Shown: positions 48,937-60,633 of the stretch, one piece after another | How positions within the stretch are numbered: the stretch's first letter is position 1 | How the letters are laid out: each line of letters begins with the position of its first letter | The notes under the pieces: model-generated | What the model saw: the letters and a program-made list of their open reading frames with translations, nothing else | Databases searched by the model: none | What the model was told of the DNA's origin: nothing | Origin: Alphaproteobacteria bacterium | GTDB lineage: Bacteria > Pseudomonadota > Alphaproteobacteria > UBA828 | NCBI GenBank assembly: GCA_965214705.1 | Contig: CBDCCI010000002.1 | Location: 896,001 to 960,000, forward strand | Reading direction: 5' to 3' | DNA: 64,000 nt | Program-made: the position numbers and the translations under genes

Positions 48937-49818
48937 ATGAGCGACGCAGTTATCATCGACGGCAAGGCATTCGCGGCCGATATCCGGGCCGAGGTCGGGC
49001 GCAAGGCGGCGCTCCTGAAGGAGAGCCACGGCCTCGTGCCGGGGCTCTCGGTCGTGCTGGTGGGCGACGACCCCGCGAGCCACGTCTACGTCCGCAACAA
49101 GGGCAAGGCGACCGTCGCCGCTGGCATGGACTCGCAGGAGTACCGGCTGCCCGATACCGCGAGCCATCAGGAGGTGCTGGAAACGGTCGAGCGGCTGAAC
49201 GCCGACGACTCCGTGCACGGCATCCTGGTGCAGCTTCCGTTGCCGGATCAGGTCGACTCGAACGCGATCATCAATGCCATCGACCCCGACAAGGACGTGG
49301 ACGGCTTCCACACCACCAACGTGGGCCGGCTCACCACCGGGCAGGACAGCCTGGTGCCCTGCACGCCACTCGGTTGCATGCTCATGCTGCGTCACTTCGT
49401 GGGCGAGCTGAAGGGCATGCGGGCGATGATCGTCGGCCGCTCCAACATCGTCGGCAAGCCGATGGCGTCTCTGCTGCTGCGCGAGCACTGCACCGTGACC
49501 GTCGGCCACTCGCGCACCCAGGACCTGCCGGGCGAGTGTCGGCGTGCCGATGTCCTCATCGCCGCCGTGGGGCGGGCCGAGATGATCCGGGGCGACTGGG
49601 TCAAGCCCGGCGCTGCGGTCATCGACGTCGGCATCAACCGTGTGCCGGCGGGTGAGAAAACCCGATTGGTGGGCGACGTCTGCTTCGAGGAGGCGGTGGA
49701 GAACGCCGGCTGGATCACGCCGGTGCCGGGCGGCGTCGGGCCCATGACCATCGCGTGCCTGCTCAAGAACACGCTGACCGCCGCCTGCCGCCGTCACGGG
49801 ATCGAAGAGCCGGAGTAA
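48937..49818 (+). CDS. folD: Methylenetetrahydrofolate dehydrogenase/cyclohydrolase
   Basis: [41 protein letters not shown]. Confidence 0.97.
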   Translation: MSDAVIIDGKAFAADIRAEVGRKAALLKESHGLVPGLSVVLVGDDPASHVYVRNKGKATVAAGMDSQEYRLPDTASHQEVLETVERLNADDSVHGILVQLPLPDQVDSNAIINAIDPDKDVDGFHTTNVGRLTTGQDSLVPCTPLGCMLMLRHFVGELKGMRAMIVGRSNIVGKPMASLLLREHCTVTVGHSRTQDLPGECRRADVLIAAVGRAEMIRGDWVKPGAAVIDVGINRVPAGEKTRLVGDVCFEEAVENAGWITPVPGGVGPMTIACLLKNTLTAACRRHGIEEPE

Positions 49819-50007
49819 GGTGCCAACACGCTGCTGCGCCCGACGCCGGTTTCCCCGCGTCCACAATCGTCTTGCTACATCAATCAAAATGTCAATATAA
49901 TACGCAATAAGAAACGCTATATCTGTGTCGGGAGGGAAGGCGCCCTCGTAGCGAGCGTCACGTGGCGGACACTGCGGTTAACGGTACACCACGTAGGTAG
50001 GCGGACG

Positions 50008-50370
50008 ATGGCAGGAGCAAAGGCAGCAGCCGTGAGCGGTGCAATCGCGAAGCGATTGGGATCGATCTCCGCCAAGGGCGCGATGCGGCATGTCGAGGTT
50101 GCCAACCTGCTTGGGACCAGACCTGAGACGGTGTCGCGCTGGAACCAGGGCCGCGCCTATCCGCACGCGAGAACCGAGAAAACCCTTCTGGAGCTTGAGT
50201 ATATCGTCGACCAGCTATCAGACTTCTACGAGCCCAACGAGGCTCGTCAGTGGATGTTTGCGCCGCAAAGGCTCTTGCGCGGGCGGTCGCCGGCAGAGCT
50301 GATCCAGGCCGGGCGAATCGATGACGTACGACGGTTGGTCAACCAGCTCCGCGACGGTGTGTACGTCTAG
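50008..50370 (+). CDS. Xre/MbcA/ParS-type antitoxin
   Basis: HTH (VANLLGTRPETVSRW) plus C-terminal ARQWMFAPQRLLRGRSPAELI. Confidence 0.88.
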   Translation: MAGAKAAAVSGAIAKRLGSISAKGAMRHVEVANLLGTRPETVSRWNQGRAYPHARTEKTLLELEYIVDQLSDFYEPNEARQWMFAPQRLLRGRSPAELIQAGRIDDVRRLVNQLRDGVYV

Positions 50371-50389
50371 GCGGTATTGATTTTCCACC

Positions 50390-50950
50390 ATGATCCACGA
50401 TCCGGATCTTCTGGATCGCCTGAGCGCATTTCACCCGGAACGTTTCGAGGGTGAGGTATTCCGGGCAACACGCACAAATGCGGATCCGATTGCCGCATCC
50501 ATCAGCGGCGGTCGGTGGGCGCCGCCGCCTGACGGCAATGTCGGGCACTCCGTTCTCTACACCAGTCTCGAACGCGATGGGGCGATCGCCGAGGTAGCCT
50601 CGTTTCTGGCGGAACTGACGCCGATCCCAGGCCCCCGCCCGATCAGCGTAACGCGCCTGGCCGTCTCGACATCGCACACGCTGCAGCTTGTGAGGACCGA
50701 TCTCGCTACGCTCGGGGTGGACTTGGCTCGCTACGGGGAGCGCGACTACGGTCGAACGCAGAAGATCGGCGCGGCTCTTGTCTTTCTCGGTCTCGACGGT
50801 CTCATTGCTCCTTCGGCCCGCTGGCCCTGCGACAACCTGATGATATTCGGAGACAACCACGCGTTGGCAGAGACCCTCGAGCCGGTTGGGAGGGGCAGGG
50901 TCGAGTGGCGAGAGTGGGCAGAGGCCCACGGTATTCTCTCAGACACGTGA
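50390..50950 (+). CDS. RES-domain toxin (NAD+ phosphorylase-like)
   Basis: GGRW, LYTSL...AIAE, GLIAPSAR, NLMIF, with R/E/S residues present. Follows the antitoxin. Confidence 0.88.
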   Translation: MIHDPDLLDRLSAFHPERFEGEVFRATRTNADPIAASISGGRWAPPPDGNVGHSVLYTSLERDGAIAEVASFLAELTPIPGPRPISVTRLAVSTSHTLQLVRTDLATLGVDLARYGERDYGRTQKIGAALVFLGLDGLIAPSARWPCDNLMIFGDNHALAETLEPVGRGRVEWREWAEAHGILSDT

Positions 50951-51068
50951 GGCGCGACAGTAGAGACCCCTGGCGGTCTGGGAGACTGTGCGTTCTGCCT
51001 GAGCACAACTCTCCAACAAGCAACCGAGCCGCTGCCGCCTCGCCGTCGAGCGGGAGCGGAGTGGGGAG

Positions 51069-52272
<1,204 letters not shown>

Positions 52273-52280
<8 letters not shown>

Positions 52281-52650
52281 CGTCTCGTCTCCTTACCAGC
52301 CGGCGGGTGATCCCGCGGCTCCTCCGGCGCGCCGTCTCGCTCGGCCGCGTGGCTCGTCTGAAGCGGCCCGTGAAGCGTTCGGGCTCCGGCGGATCGTAGC
52401 CCGGCGTATCGGGGAGCGGGCGCGGGTTGTCGATCGACGGCCACGGCACGAACGCGAAGACCCAGATCATGACCACGGGTACGCCGATCAGGAGGCCCAG
52501 TCCAACCGAGACCGGCGGGATAAACAGGCCCAGGATGGGGAGCAGCATGAGGTAGGCCCACCAGGGGTTGCGCCCGGCCTTGTTGAAGATGCGCCAGAAC
52601 ATCCAGAGCATGATGACCGTGACCGCGAGGTATTGGAGGACGCCGACCAC
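52273..52650 (-). CDS. Small membrane protein
   Basis: [21 protein letters not shown]...WVFAFVPWP, with 2-3 TM segments. Confidence 0.65.
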
Positions 52651-52653
52651 GGT

Positions 52654-52845
52654 TCAGCGCTTCCCGTAGGGATCGCTCGGCCAGATCATGAAGGCTAGCA
52701 GCGCGAGCAGGATTAGCGGCCCGACCAGGGGCACGAACACCACGAGCGAGAGCGGCCAGCGCAGGCCCGCACGCCGACAGATGCGCAGAGCCGGATAGAG
52801 GAGTATGGCCCCGAGCGCGAGGCCGACGACGATTTGGACAGGCAC
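52654..52845 (-). CDS. Small membrane protein, similar pattern to 52273-52650
   Basis: LRICRRAGLRWPLSLVVFVPLVG...LAFMIWP. Confidence 0.6.
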   Translation of the reverse strand: MPVQIVVGLALGAILLYPALRICRRAGLRWPLSLVVFVPLVGPLILLALLAFMIWPSDPYGKR

Positions 52846-52917
52846 GGCCGCCGCGCGGTTGCGGTCGTTCAGGCGGGATGGGCGCGTTCGGCGCGCTGCG
52901 TCGTCCGCGCCCCCCGC

Positions 52918-54327
52918 TCAGACCGAATAGTACATCTCGTACTCGATGGGGTGCGGGGCCATGAGGAAGGCCGTCTGCTCCTCGCGCTTGAGTTCGAGAT
53001 AGCCGTCGATCAGGTCGTCGGTGAAGACGTCGCCCTTCTTCAGGAAGTCGCGGTCGGCATCGAGCGAGTCGAGCGCCTGGCCCAGGTTGCCACACACCGT
53101 CGGCACGTCCTTCAGCTCCTCCGGCGGCAGGTCGTAGAGGTTCTTGTCCATCGCGTCGCCCGGATGGATCTTGTTTTCGATGCCGTCGATCCCCGCCATC
53201 AGCATCGCGGCGAAGGACAAATAGGGATTCGCCGAGGGATCGGGGAAGCGCACCTCCACCCGCTTGCCGTTCGGGCTCGCCGCGTAGGGGATGCGGCAGG
53301 AGGCGGAGCGGTTGCGCGCCGAGTAGGCGAGCAGCACCGGCGCCTCGTAGCCCGGCACGAGCCGCTTGTAGCTGTTCGTCGACGGGTTGGTGAAGGCGTT
53401 GATCGCCCGTGCGTGACGGATCACGCCGCCGATGTAGTAGAGCGCCATATCCGAGAGATCGGCGTAGCCCGAGCCCGCGAACAGCGGTCTGCCGTCCTTC
53501 CAGATCGACTGGTGCACGTGCATGCCGGAGCCGTTGTCGCCGACGATTGGCTTCGGCATGTAGGTCGCGCTCTTGCCGTAGCTGTGGGCAGTCATATGCA
53601 CCACGTACTTCTGGATCTGCAGTTGGTCGGCCGCCGAGAGCAGCGTGCCGAACTCGACCCCGAGTTCGTTCTGGCTGGGCGCCACCTCGTGGTGGTGCTT
53701 CTCCACCTTGACGCCCATGCCGGCGAGGTGGGTGACCATCTCAGCTCGCATGTCGTTCATCGAATCGACCGGCGGCACCGGCACGTAGCCGCCCTTGGTC
53801 GGCGGGCGGTGGCCATAGTTGCCCTCTTCGTAGGCGCGGCCCGTGTTGTAGGGACCTTCCTCCTGGTCGAGCATGTAATAGGTCTCGTTCATCGAGACCT
53901 TGAAGCGCACGTCGTCGAAGACGAAGAACTCAGCTTCCGGCCCGAAATAGGCCGTGTCGCCAAGACCGGAATAAGCGAGGTAGATCTCCGCCTTCTTGGC
54001 CACGCTGCGCGGGCAGCGGTCATAGGCTTGGCCGGTCGACGGCTCGATCACGTCGCAGGTCAGGATCATCTGCGGCAGCGCCGAGAACGGGTCCATCACG
54101 GCGCTCGCCGGATCCGGCATGAGCACCATGTCGGACTGGTGAATCTCCTTCCAGCCGGCGATCGAGGAGCCGTCAAACATGATCCCGTCTGTGAGCATGT
54201 CCTCGTCGACCGTGCGGACCGCCTGGGTCATGTGTTGCCACTTGCCGCGCGGGTCGGTGAACCGGAAGTCCACGAACTGGACTTCGTTCTTCTCGATCAT
54301 CTCCAAGACGCTGTCGACATCACTCAT
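52918..54327 (-). CDS. glnA: Glutamine synthetase type I
   Basis: [24 protein letters not shown], adenylylation site NLYDLP. Confidence 0.98.
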   Translation of the reverse strand: MSDVDSVLEMIEKNEVQFVDFRFTDPRGKWQHMTQAVRTVDEDMLTDGIMFDGSSIAGWKEIHQSDMVLMPDPASAVMDPFSALPQMILTCDVIEPSTGQAYDRCPRSVAKKAEIYLAYSGLGDTAYFGPEAEFFVFDDVRFKVSMNETYYMLDQEEGPYNTGRAYEEGNYGHRPPTKGGYVPVPPVDSMNDMRAEMVTHLAGMGVKVEKHHHEVAPSQNELGVEFGTLLSAADQLQIQKYVVHMTAHSYGKSATYMPKPIVGDNGSGMHVHQSIWKDGRPLFAGSGYADLSDMALYYIGGVIRHARAINAFTNPSTNSYKRLVPGYEAPVLLAYSARNRSASCRIPYAASPNGKRVEVRFPDPSANPYLSFAAMLMAGIDGIENKIHPGDAMDKNLYDLPPEELKDVPTVCGNLGQALDSLDADRDFLKKGDVFTDDLIDGYLELKREEQTAFLMAPHPIEYEMYYSV

Positions 54328-54393
54328 CGTATTGCTCCATCACCCGCTCGGTCTGTCCTCATGGCGCCTGCATCCGGCAGCGCGCTGGCGCGC

Positions 54394-54741
<348 letters not shown>

Positions 54742-54883
54742 CTAAGCGGGCCAGGCCGGCACGGTCTCTAGCCCGGAGTTCTCTCCCTGTCGGCGCCGCA
54801 TGATAGCGCAGGTCCGGTTCCGCGCAGCCTCCTTTGGTGGCATCATGCGCGGCCTTTAGGTTAGGTGGGACAGGGAGGCGCAC

Positions 54884-56065
54884 GTGCAGATCGCCGAGCG
54901 CATGGGGCGGCTCGGGACCGAGACCGCCTTCGACGTATTGGCCCGCGCGGGCGCCTTGCAGGCAGCCGGGCGCAGCATCATCAATCTCGGGATCGGCCAG
55001 CCTGATTTCCGCACCCCCGACCATATCGTCGAGGCGGGCCGCAAGGCGCTGACGGACGGCCACCACGGTTACACCCCGGCGAACGGCATCCCTGCGCTGC
55101 GCGAGGCGGTGGTCGCCGACATCGCCACGTACCGCCGCTGCGAGGTCGATCCCGACAACGTCGTGGTGGTGCCGGGCGGCAAGGTCACGATGTTCTTCGC
55201 TGCGCTGATGTTCGGCGAAGAGGGGGCCGAGATCCTCTATCCCAATCCGGGCTTCCCCATCTACGAGTCCGCGATCAAGTTCTCCGGCGCGACGCCGGTG
55301 CCGATTCCGCTCTACGAGGAAACCGGCTTCTCCTTCGATGCCGAGGAGGTGCTGGCCAAGATCACGCCCCGCACCCGGCTCGTCATGCTCAACAGCCCGG
55401 CCAACCCGACCGGCGGCGTGGTTCCGCGCGAAACCTTCGACCGGCTCGCCGAGGGGCTCGAGGCCCATCCCCACGTCGCGATCATGAGCGACGAAATCTA
55501 CAGCCGCCTGCTCTACGAAGGCCGCGAGCATGTCACGATGCTGGACTATCCGGCGCTGCGCGACCGCGTGATCGTGCTCGACGGCTGGAGCAAGACCTAT
55601 GCGATGACCGGCTGGCGCATCGGCTACGGGGTGTGGCCCGCACCGCTCGCGGCGCACGCCACGCGGCTCGCGATCAACTGCAACTCCTGCGTCAACGCGC
55701 CAACCCAGCACGCGGCGCTGGCGGCGCTCACCGGCCCGCAGGAGTCAGTCGACATCATGCGCAAAACCTTCGACGAGCGGCGGAAGCTCATCGTCCCCGC
55801 CCTCAACCGGATCGAGGGCATCACCTGCGTCGATTCCGCCGGCGCCTTCTACGCCATGCCCAACATCACCGGCACCGGTCTCGATGCGCGCACGCTGCAG
55901 GACGGACTGCTGGAGGAGGCCGGCGTCGCCACCATCGCCGGCACCAGCTTCGGCGCCTACGGCGAGGGCTACCTCCGCCTCTCCTACGCCGCGAGCACGG
56001 AGGAGATCGAGGAATCCGTCGCCCGCATCGAGGCTTGGCTCGCGGCGCGCGCAGCCGCGGCGTGA
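54884..56065 (+). CDS. Class I/II aminotransferase (aspartate aminotransferase-like)
   Basis: LGIGQPDF, NSPANPTG, SDEIY, WSKTYAMTGWRIGY. Confidence 0.93.
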   Translation: MQIAERMGRLGTETAFDVLARAGALQAAGRSIINLGIGQPDFRTPDHIVEAGRKALTDGHHGYTPANGIPALREAVVADIATYRRCEVDPDNVVVVPGGKVTMFFAALMFGEEGAEILYPNPGFPIYESAIKFSGATPVPIPLYEETGFSFDAEEVLAKITPRTRLVMLNSPANPTGGVVPRETFDRLAEGLEAHPHVAIMSDEIYSRLLYEGREHVTMLDYPALRDRVIVLDGWSKTYAMTGWRIGYGVWPAPLAAHATRLAINCNSCVNAPTQHAALAALTGPQESVDIMRKTFDERRKLIVPALNRIEGITCVDSAGAFYAMPNITGTGLDARTLQDGLLEEAGVATIAGTSFGAYGEGYLRLSYAASTEEIEESVARIEAWLAARAAAA

Positions 56066-56141
56066 AGGGGCCAGCGCGCTCGCCCGTGCGCGCGGCGAAG
56101 GTCGATCACATTTGGGGCCGGTCGTGGTAGGAACGGGAGTG

Positions 56142-56218
56142 GCGCCCGTAGCTCAGCCGGATAGAGCACGAGCCTTCTAAGCTTGGGGTCGCAGGTTCGA
56201 GTCCTGCCGGGCGCGCCA
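56142..56218 (+). tRNA. tRNA-Arg (anticodon UCU)
   Basis: Acceptor stem GCGCCCG/CGGGCGC, anticodon loop CTTCTAA, GGTTCGAGTCC T-arm, encoded CCA end. 77 nt. Confidence 0.97.
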
Positions 56219-56239
56219 TGCCTCCACCGAACGCGCTAG

Positions 56240-56388
56240 GGAACCTCTGATTTATCAGGGGTTCCCGTGGCACAGGGATGTGCCACCATTTTCGGTGGCT
56301 ATAAGTCACTGAAAATGTGAGCAAAGCGGAAAGCGCGCTTCCGCCTTGCGCGTCTGAGAAATGCAGGAGGCACTTATTCAGACCTTCC
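56240..56388. mobile_element. 149-bp IS5-type MITE
   Basis: Ends GGAACCTCTGATTTA and TTATTCAGACCTTCC (11/15 inverted match), flanked by a CTAG duplication (56236-56239, 56389-56392). No transposase. Confidence 0.75.
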
Positions 56389-56411
56389 CTAGAGATCAAG
56401 GGCAGCCACCG

Positions 56412-56717
56412 ATGGCCAAGAGACACCCGTCCCTAGTGCCGGTGCATCCGGGAGAGATTCTGCGGGAGGACGTTCTGCCGGCGCTTGGCATGACCAGGAC
56501 GGCCGTTGCCGGCGCCCTCGGAATCTCCCGGCAGACCCTCTACGACATCCTCAACGAGAAGCAGCCGGTCACGGCCGAGATGGCGGTTCGTTTCGGCAAG
56601 CTGTTCGGCAATGGCGCGGCCTTTTGGCTCAACCTGCAGCGGGCCCACGACCTGGCAATCGCGGAGCGCACGGTCGACGTGTCCGGAATACCGACACTCG
56701 AAACACGGGCCGGCTGA
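56412..56717 (+). CDS. higA: HigA-family antitoxin (orphan)
   Basis: VHPGEILREDVL, LGISRQTL, VTAEMAVR, FWLNLQ. Confidence 0.9.
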   Translation: MAKRHPSLVPVHPGEILREDVLPALGMTRTAVAGALGISRQTLYDILNEKQPVTAEMAVRFGKLFGNGAAFWLNLQRAHDLAIAERTVDVSGIPTLETRAG

Positions 56718-56963
56718 GCGAATGATCCCCGCTCAAGAATGAAACGCGGCTGACGCTTCGTCCCGACTGTCGGCACCCGCCGCCCCGTGCCGCGCTTGTG
56801 CCGCGAGCCTCAGGGCCGCATACTTCCCGCTGAGCCATAAGGCGTGGAGAGGTGCTGCTCCGACGCGACGGGCGGCGCCGACGGGCGCCCTGCTCGTCGG
56901 CTCCTTCCCCGATCGCAACGCGTGCGGTGCAGCGCGAACGTCATAACGGGGAGGAGCAAGCTT

Positions 56964-58256
56964 ATGGCGGATCTCAAGAAGACAGAAATTTCCAGGCGGT
57001 CCGTACTCAAGGGCTCGGCAGCGGCCGCCGGCGTGGCGGCCGGCGCAAGCCTCGGCGGTTTCCCGACGGTCTGGTCGCAGGACATCAAGGACATCGAGAT
57101 CAGTATGATCGGCACGGCAGTGACGATCTCCAGCACCTACGAGGCGATGGCCGAAGAGGCGCTGGGCTTCCAGTTCAACATGTCGGCGGTCGATCTCAAC
57201 ACCATCGGCCAGCGCGCCCTCACGCAGCCGAGATCGGCCGACCTGTTCGAGCCGGATCTCGAGCAGTTCCCGCAGATCTTCCCGTCCGGCAACATGCAGG
57301 CGATCGACATCACCAAGCTGGAGCATTTCGATCAGCTGCTCGGGATCTACAAGAAGAGCGGCACGATCCATGCCGACGCCTGGTACGGGGACGGCATGAA
57401 CCCGTCGCGCTACTGTTGGACCTCGGCCATCGACGGCAGAGACTTCGTCGAGCCGGAATCCAGCCAATGGATGACCATCGTGCCCGGCACCTTCAACGCC
57501 GATACCCTCGGCGCGCAGCCCGAAAAAATCGGCCGCCCGATCGAGACCTGGGCCGAGTTCGTCAACCCCGAGTTCAGCGGCAGGACGGCGCTGCAGAACT
57601 TCCCCGGCATCGGCATCATGGATATCGCCATGGCGCTCCAGGCCAACGGGGAGATCGAGTACGGCGACAAGGGCAACATGACGGTCGATGAGATCAACTA
57701 CACCTTCGACCGGCTGATCCAACTCAAGAAGGACGGGCACTTCCGCGCCTTCTGGAGCACCTTCAACGATTCGGTCAATCTGATGACCTCCGGCGAGGTG
57801 GTGCTGCAGTCCATGTGGTCGCCGGCGGTAGCGGCGGTGCGCGCACGCGGCGTGCCCTGCATCTACCTCGACCTCAAGGAAGGCTACCGGGCCTGGGCGC
57901 TCGGCGCGATGATCCCGCGCCACGTCGAGGGCAAGAAGCTCGGCGCCCTCTACGACTACTTCAACTGGTACCACTCGGGCCCGGCCGGGGCCTACTTCTC
58001 CAAGCAGGGCTACTACATGTGCACGCCCGAGAACTCGCGCGGCTTCATGGAGCCCTGGGAGTGGGATTACTGGTACGAGGGCAAGCCGGCGGAAGGCGAG
58101 GTCAAGGACCCGTTCGGCAACGTCATGGAGCAGCCCGGCCACGTCCGCGACGGCGGCTCGTTCGCGAACCGCATGGGCCGGGTCGCCGTGTGGAACTCGA
58201 TCATGGACGAGAACATCCTCGTCGTGAAACGCTGGAACGAGTTCCAGACCGCTTAA
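56964..58256 (+). CDS. Tat-exported ABC substrate-binding protein (PotD/PotF-like), no adjacent permease
   Basis: SRRSVLK twin-arginine signal, NADTLG, SGEVVLQSMWSPAV, KEGYRAW. Confidence 0.85.
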   Translation: MADLKKTEISRRSVLKGSAAAAGVAAGASLGGFPTVWSQDIKDIEISMIGTAVTISSTYEAMAEEALGFQFNMSAVDLNTIGQRALTQPRSADLFEPDLEQFPQIFPSGNMQAIDITKLEHFDQLLGIYKKSGTIHADAWYGDGMNPSRYCWTSAIDGRDFVEPESSQWMTIVPGTFNADTLGAQPEKIGRPIETWAEFVNPEFSGRTALQNFPGIGIMDIAMALQANGEIEYGDKGNMTVDEINYTFDRLIQLKKDGHFRAFWSTFNDSVNLMTSGEVVLQSMWSPAVAAVRARGVPCIYLDLKEGYRAWALGAMIPRHVEGKKLGALYDYFNWYHSGPAGAYFSKQGYYMCTPENSRGFMEPWEWDYWYEGKPAEGEVKDPFGNVMEQPGHVRDGGSFANRMGRVAVWNSIMDENILVVKRWNEFQTA

Positions 58257-58274
58257 TCAACGCTGTCATGGTTG

Positions 58275-58300
58275 CTGCGGCGCCTCACGGGGCGCCGCAG
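58275..58300. terminator. Hairpin between convergent genes
   Basis: CTGCGGCGCC-TCACGG-GGCGCCGCAG, a perfect 10-bp stem. Confidence 0.65.
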
Positions 58301-58312
58301 TTGCTTAAACCG

Positions 58313-59050
58313 CTATACGTGTTCACCGCCGTTGACGTGCAACTCGCCGCCGGTGATGTAGGCGGCGGTGTCCGAGCAGAGGAAATAGATCGCGGACGCC
58401 ACCTCCGAGGGCTTGCCGAGGCGCGCCATCGGAATGGCCGGCAGCAGGTCGTTGGCCTGGGGCGAGAGGATGGGCGTGTCGATCTCGCCCGGCGCGATGG
58501 CGTTGACGCGGATGCCGAGCGGGCCGAAGTCCGCTGCCATCTCGCGGGTGAGCGCAGCGAGCGCCGCCTTAGAGGTCGAATAGGCGCTGCCGGCGAAGCG
58601 GTGAACCCGGCCGCCCGCGATCGAGGTCACGTTGACGACGCTGCCCTGGCCGCGCTTTAGCTCATCGAAGAGGCCCCGCGCCAGCGCCAGCGGCGCGTAG
58701 AAGTTGACTTGAAAGACCTCGCGCCAGAGGTCGAGGTCGGTGCTCAGGCTGTCGAGCCGGATGCCGTCCTCGCCCTTGGGCGAGATGCCCGCGTTGTTCA
58801 CCAGCGCGGCGAGCGGCGCACCGCCCAAGCGCCCGCGCATCTCCTCGATGCCGCGCGCGACGTCATCCGGGTCGGCCAGGTCGATCCTGATGTGGTCTTC
58901 GGGCCCGGCCTCCCACGGGCAATCCTCCGAGAAGGCCCGGCGCGAGGCGGTGATGACCCGCCAGCCCGCCGCGCTGAAGCGCTTGACCGTCGCGTGCCCG
59001 ATCCCCTGACTCGCGCCGGTGAGGATCAGGGTCCTCCGTTCGTCCGCCAT
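58313..59050 (-). CDS. SDR family oxidoreductase
   Basis: TGASQGIG, NNAG, YSTSK. Confidence 0.93.
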   Translation of the reverse strand: MADERRTLILTGASQGIGHATVKRFSAAGWRVITASRRAFSEDCPWEAGPEDHIRIDLADPDDVARGIEEMRGRLGGAPLAALVNNAGISPKGEDGIRLDSLSTDLDLWREVFQVNFYAPLALARGLFDELKRGQGSVVNVTSIAGGRVHRFAGSAYSTSKAALAALTREMAADFGPLGIRVNAIAPGEIDTPILSPQANDLLPAIPMARLGKPSEVASAIYFLCSDTAAYITGGELHVNGGEHV

Positions 59051-59061
59051 GGCCGTGCTCC

Positions 59062-59841
59062 CTATCCGTCGCCCTCCACCGGCATGGTGTAGTTGAGACG
59101 CATGCGCCCCCCATCGGCGTAGATTACCTGTCCTGTGACGTATGAGGAATCGTCGCTTGCGAGGAAGACCGCGATGCCCGCGATCTCCTCCGGCTGGCCG
59201 ACACGGCCCATGGGAGTGCGGGAGAGCACCCGCCGCCGCGCCGCCTCGTCGGTGAGCAGCGAGCCCGAGAGCTCGGTGAGGATCGTGCCCGGGCCAATTG
59301 CGTTCACGCGGATGCCTTTGGGCGCGAGCGCCAGCGACATGACTGAGGTGAGCTGGTTGACCCCGCCCTTGCTGACCACGTAGGCCGCGATCGTATCGAT
59401 CGCCATGACGCCGTTAACCGACGACATGTTGATGATGCTGCCGGAGCCTGCCTCCACCATCGCCCGCGCCGCCGCCTGGCCCACCAGGAAGTAGCCCCGC
59501 AGGTTGACGCGGAGCACGCGGTCGAAGTCTTCCTCGGTCACGTCGAGGAAATCCGCGATGGTGAAGATGCCGGCGTTGTTCACCAGCACGTCGATGCGGC
59601 TGTGGCGCGAGACCGTCTCCTCGATCAAGGCGCGCGCCTGCGGGCCCTCGCCGGTATCGCAGGCGACGAAGGCGGCGCTGGCGCCGGTATCGCGGATCGA
59701 CTGGGCCGTCACCTCGCCCTGCTCTTCCAGGATGTCGGCGATGACCACCGCCGCACCCTCGGCGGCGAAGCGCCGGGCGCAGGCGGCGCCGATGCCGCGG
59801 GCAGCCCCGGTCACCACCGCGATCTTGCCTTCGAGCCTCAT
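59062..59841 (-). CDS. SDR family oxidoreductase
   Basis: MRLEGK, TGAARGIG, NNAG, YVVSK. Confidence 0.93.
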   Translation of the reverse strand: MRLEGKIAVVTGAARGIGAACARRFAAEGAAVVIADILEEQGEVTAQSIRDTGASAAFVACDTGEGPQARALIEETVSRHSRIDVLVNNAGIFTIADFLDVTEEDFDRVLRVNLRGYFLVGQAAARAMVEAGSGSIINMSSVNGVMAIDTIAAYVVSKGGVNQLTSVMSLALAPKGIRVNAIGPGTILTELSGSLLTDEAARRRVLSRTPMGRVGQPEEIAGIAVFLASDDSSYVTGQVIYADGGRMRLNYTMPVEGDG

Positions 59842-60422
59842 TCCGCCTCCGCCCCCGGCCGGAACAGGTTGACGATGTGGCGGGCGATCTCCTCGGCCGT
59901 GTCCTCGCCCGGCCTGTACCACGTGATCGACCAGGCCATGGCGCCGATCAACGCCAGCCGAAAATACTTGCGGCTCGTGCCCTCCGGCAGCGGCAGGTCG
60001 TCGATCAGCGTGCGAAAGACATTCTCGTAGTCGTGGCGCTCTTCGATCATGCGCGCGCGGAGCTTCGGCGAATGCCGGCGCGGGAACTCGGTGGCGATGA
60101 CCGAGCCGTAGTCCTTGCTCTGGTGCAGGGTCTCGACGTGGGCGGCGCAGGCGGCTTCCAGCCTGCCCCAGGGGTCGTCCGCGGTCTCGATGGCGGCCAG
60201 CACACGCTCCTTGATTCGCTGGATACCGGCGGCATGGACCGCCGCCAGCAGGTCTTCCTTGGAGGCGAAGTGGTAGTACATCGAGCCGGGCAGGATGCCG
60301 GCCGCGGCGGCAATATCGCGGACCGAGGTGGCGCTGTAGCCGGACCGAGCGAACTCCACCGCCGCCGCGTCGAGGATGCGGCCCCGGCGATTGTCCCTGC
60401 GCTTCCCGTCGGTTTCCGCCAC
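59838..60422 (-). CDS. TetR/AcrR family regulator
   Basis: ILDAAAVEF...TSVRDIAAAAG...YYHFASKEDL. Confidence 0.94.
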   Translation of the reverse strand: MAETDGKRRDNRRGRILDAAAVEFARSGYSATSVRDIAAAAGILPGSMYYHFASKEDLLAAVHAAGIQRIKERVLAAIETADDPWGRLEAACAAHVETLHQSKDYGSVIATEFPRRHSPKLRARMIEERHDYENVFRTLIDDLPLPEGTSRKYFRLALIGAMAWSITWYRPGEDTAEEIARHIVNLFRPGAEAE

Positions 60423-60633
60423 TGCCTGGGATCATTCCGGACTCGGCGGGTTTGGGCAAGCGTTTGTTTGATTGGGCGGATTGGCGCGCTTTGGTAATTG
60501 TTCCGCCAAGCCATGGATATTCCCAAGGGCGAACGGGGCGTAGAGCGGCGGCTGTAGGAGCCCATCGGTCGTTTGCACTCTACAGCTTCACCATCGGGAC
60601 AAACGATTCCGCGGTCTGGTGTGTCTGTCGCTT

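Noticed and set aside
56142-56218. tRNA-Arg as attachment site of the twin-integrase element
   Set aside because: No duplicate of the tRNA 3' end was seen in the window, and the element's boundaries are fully explained by the repeat in the PKS.
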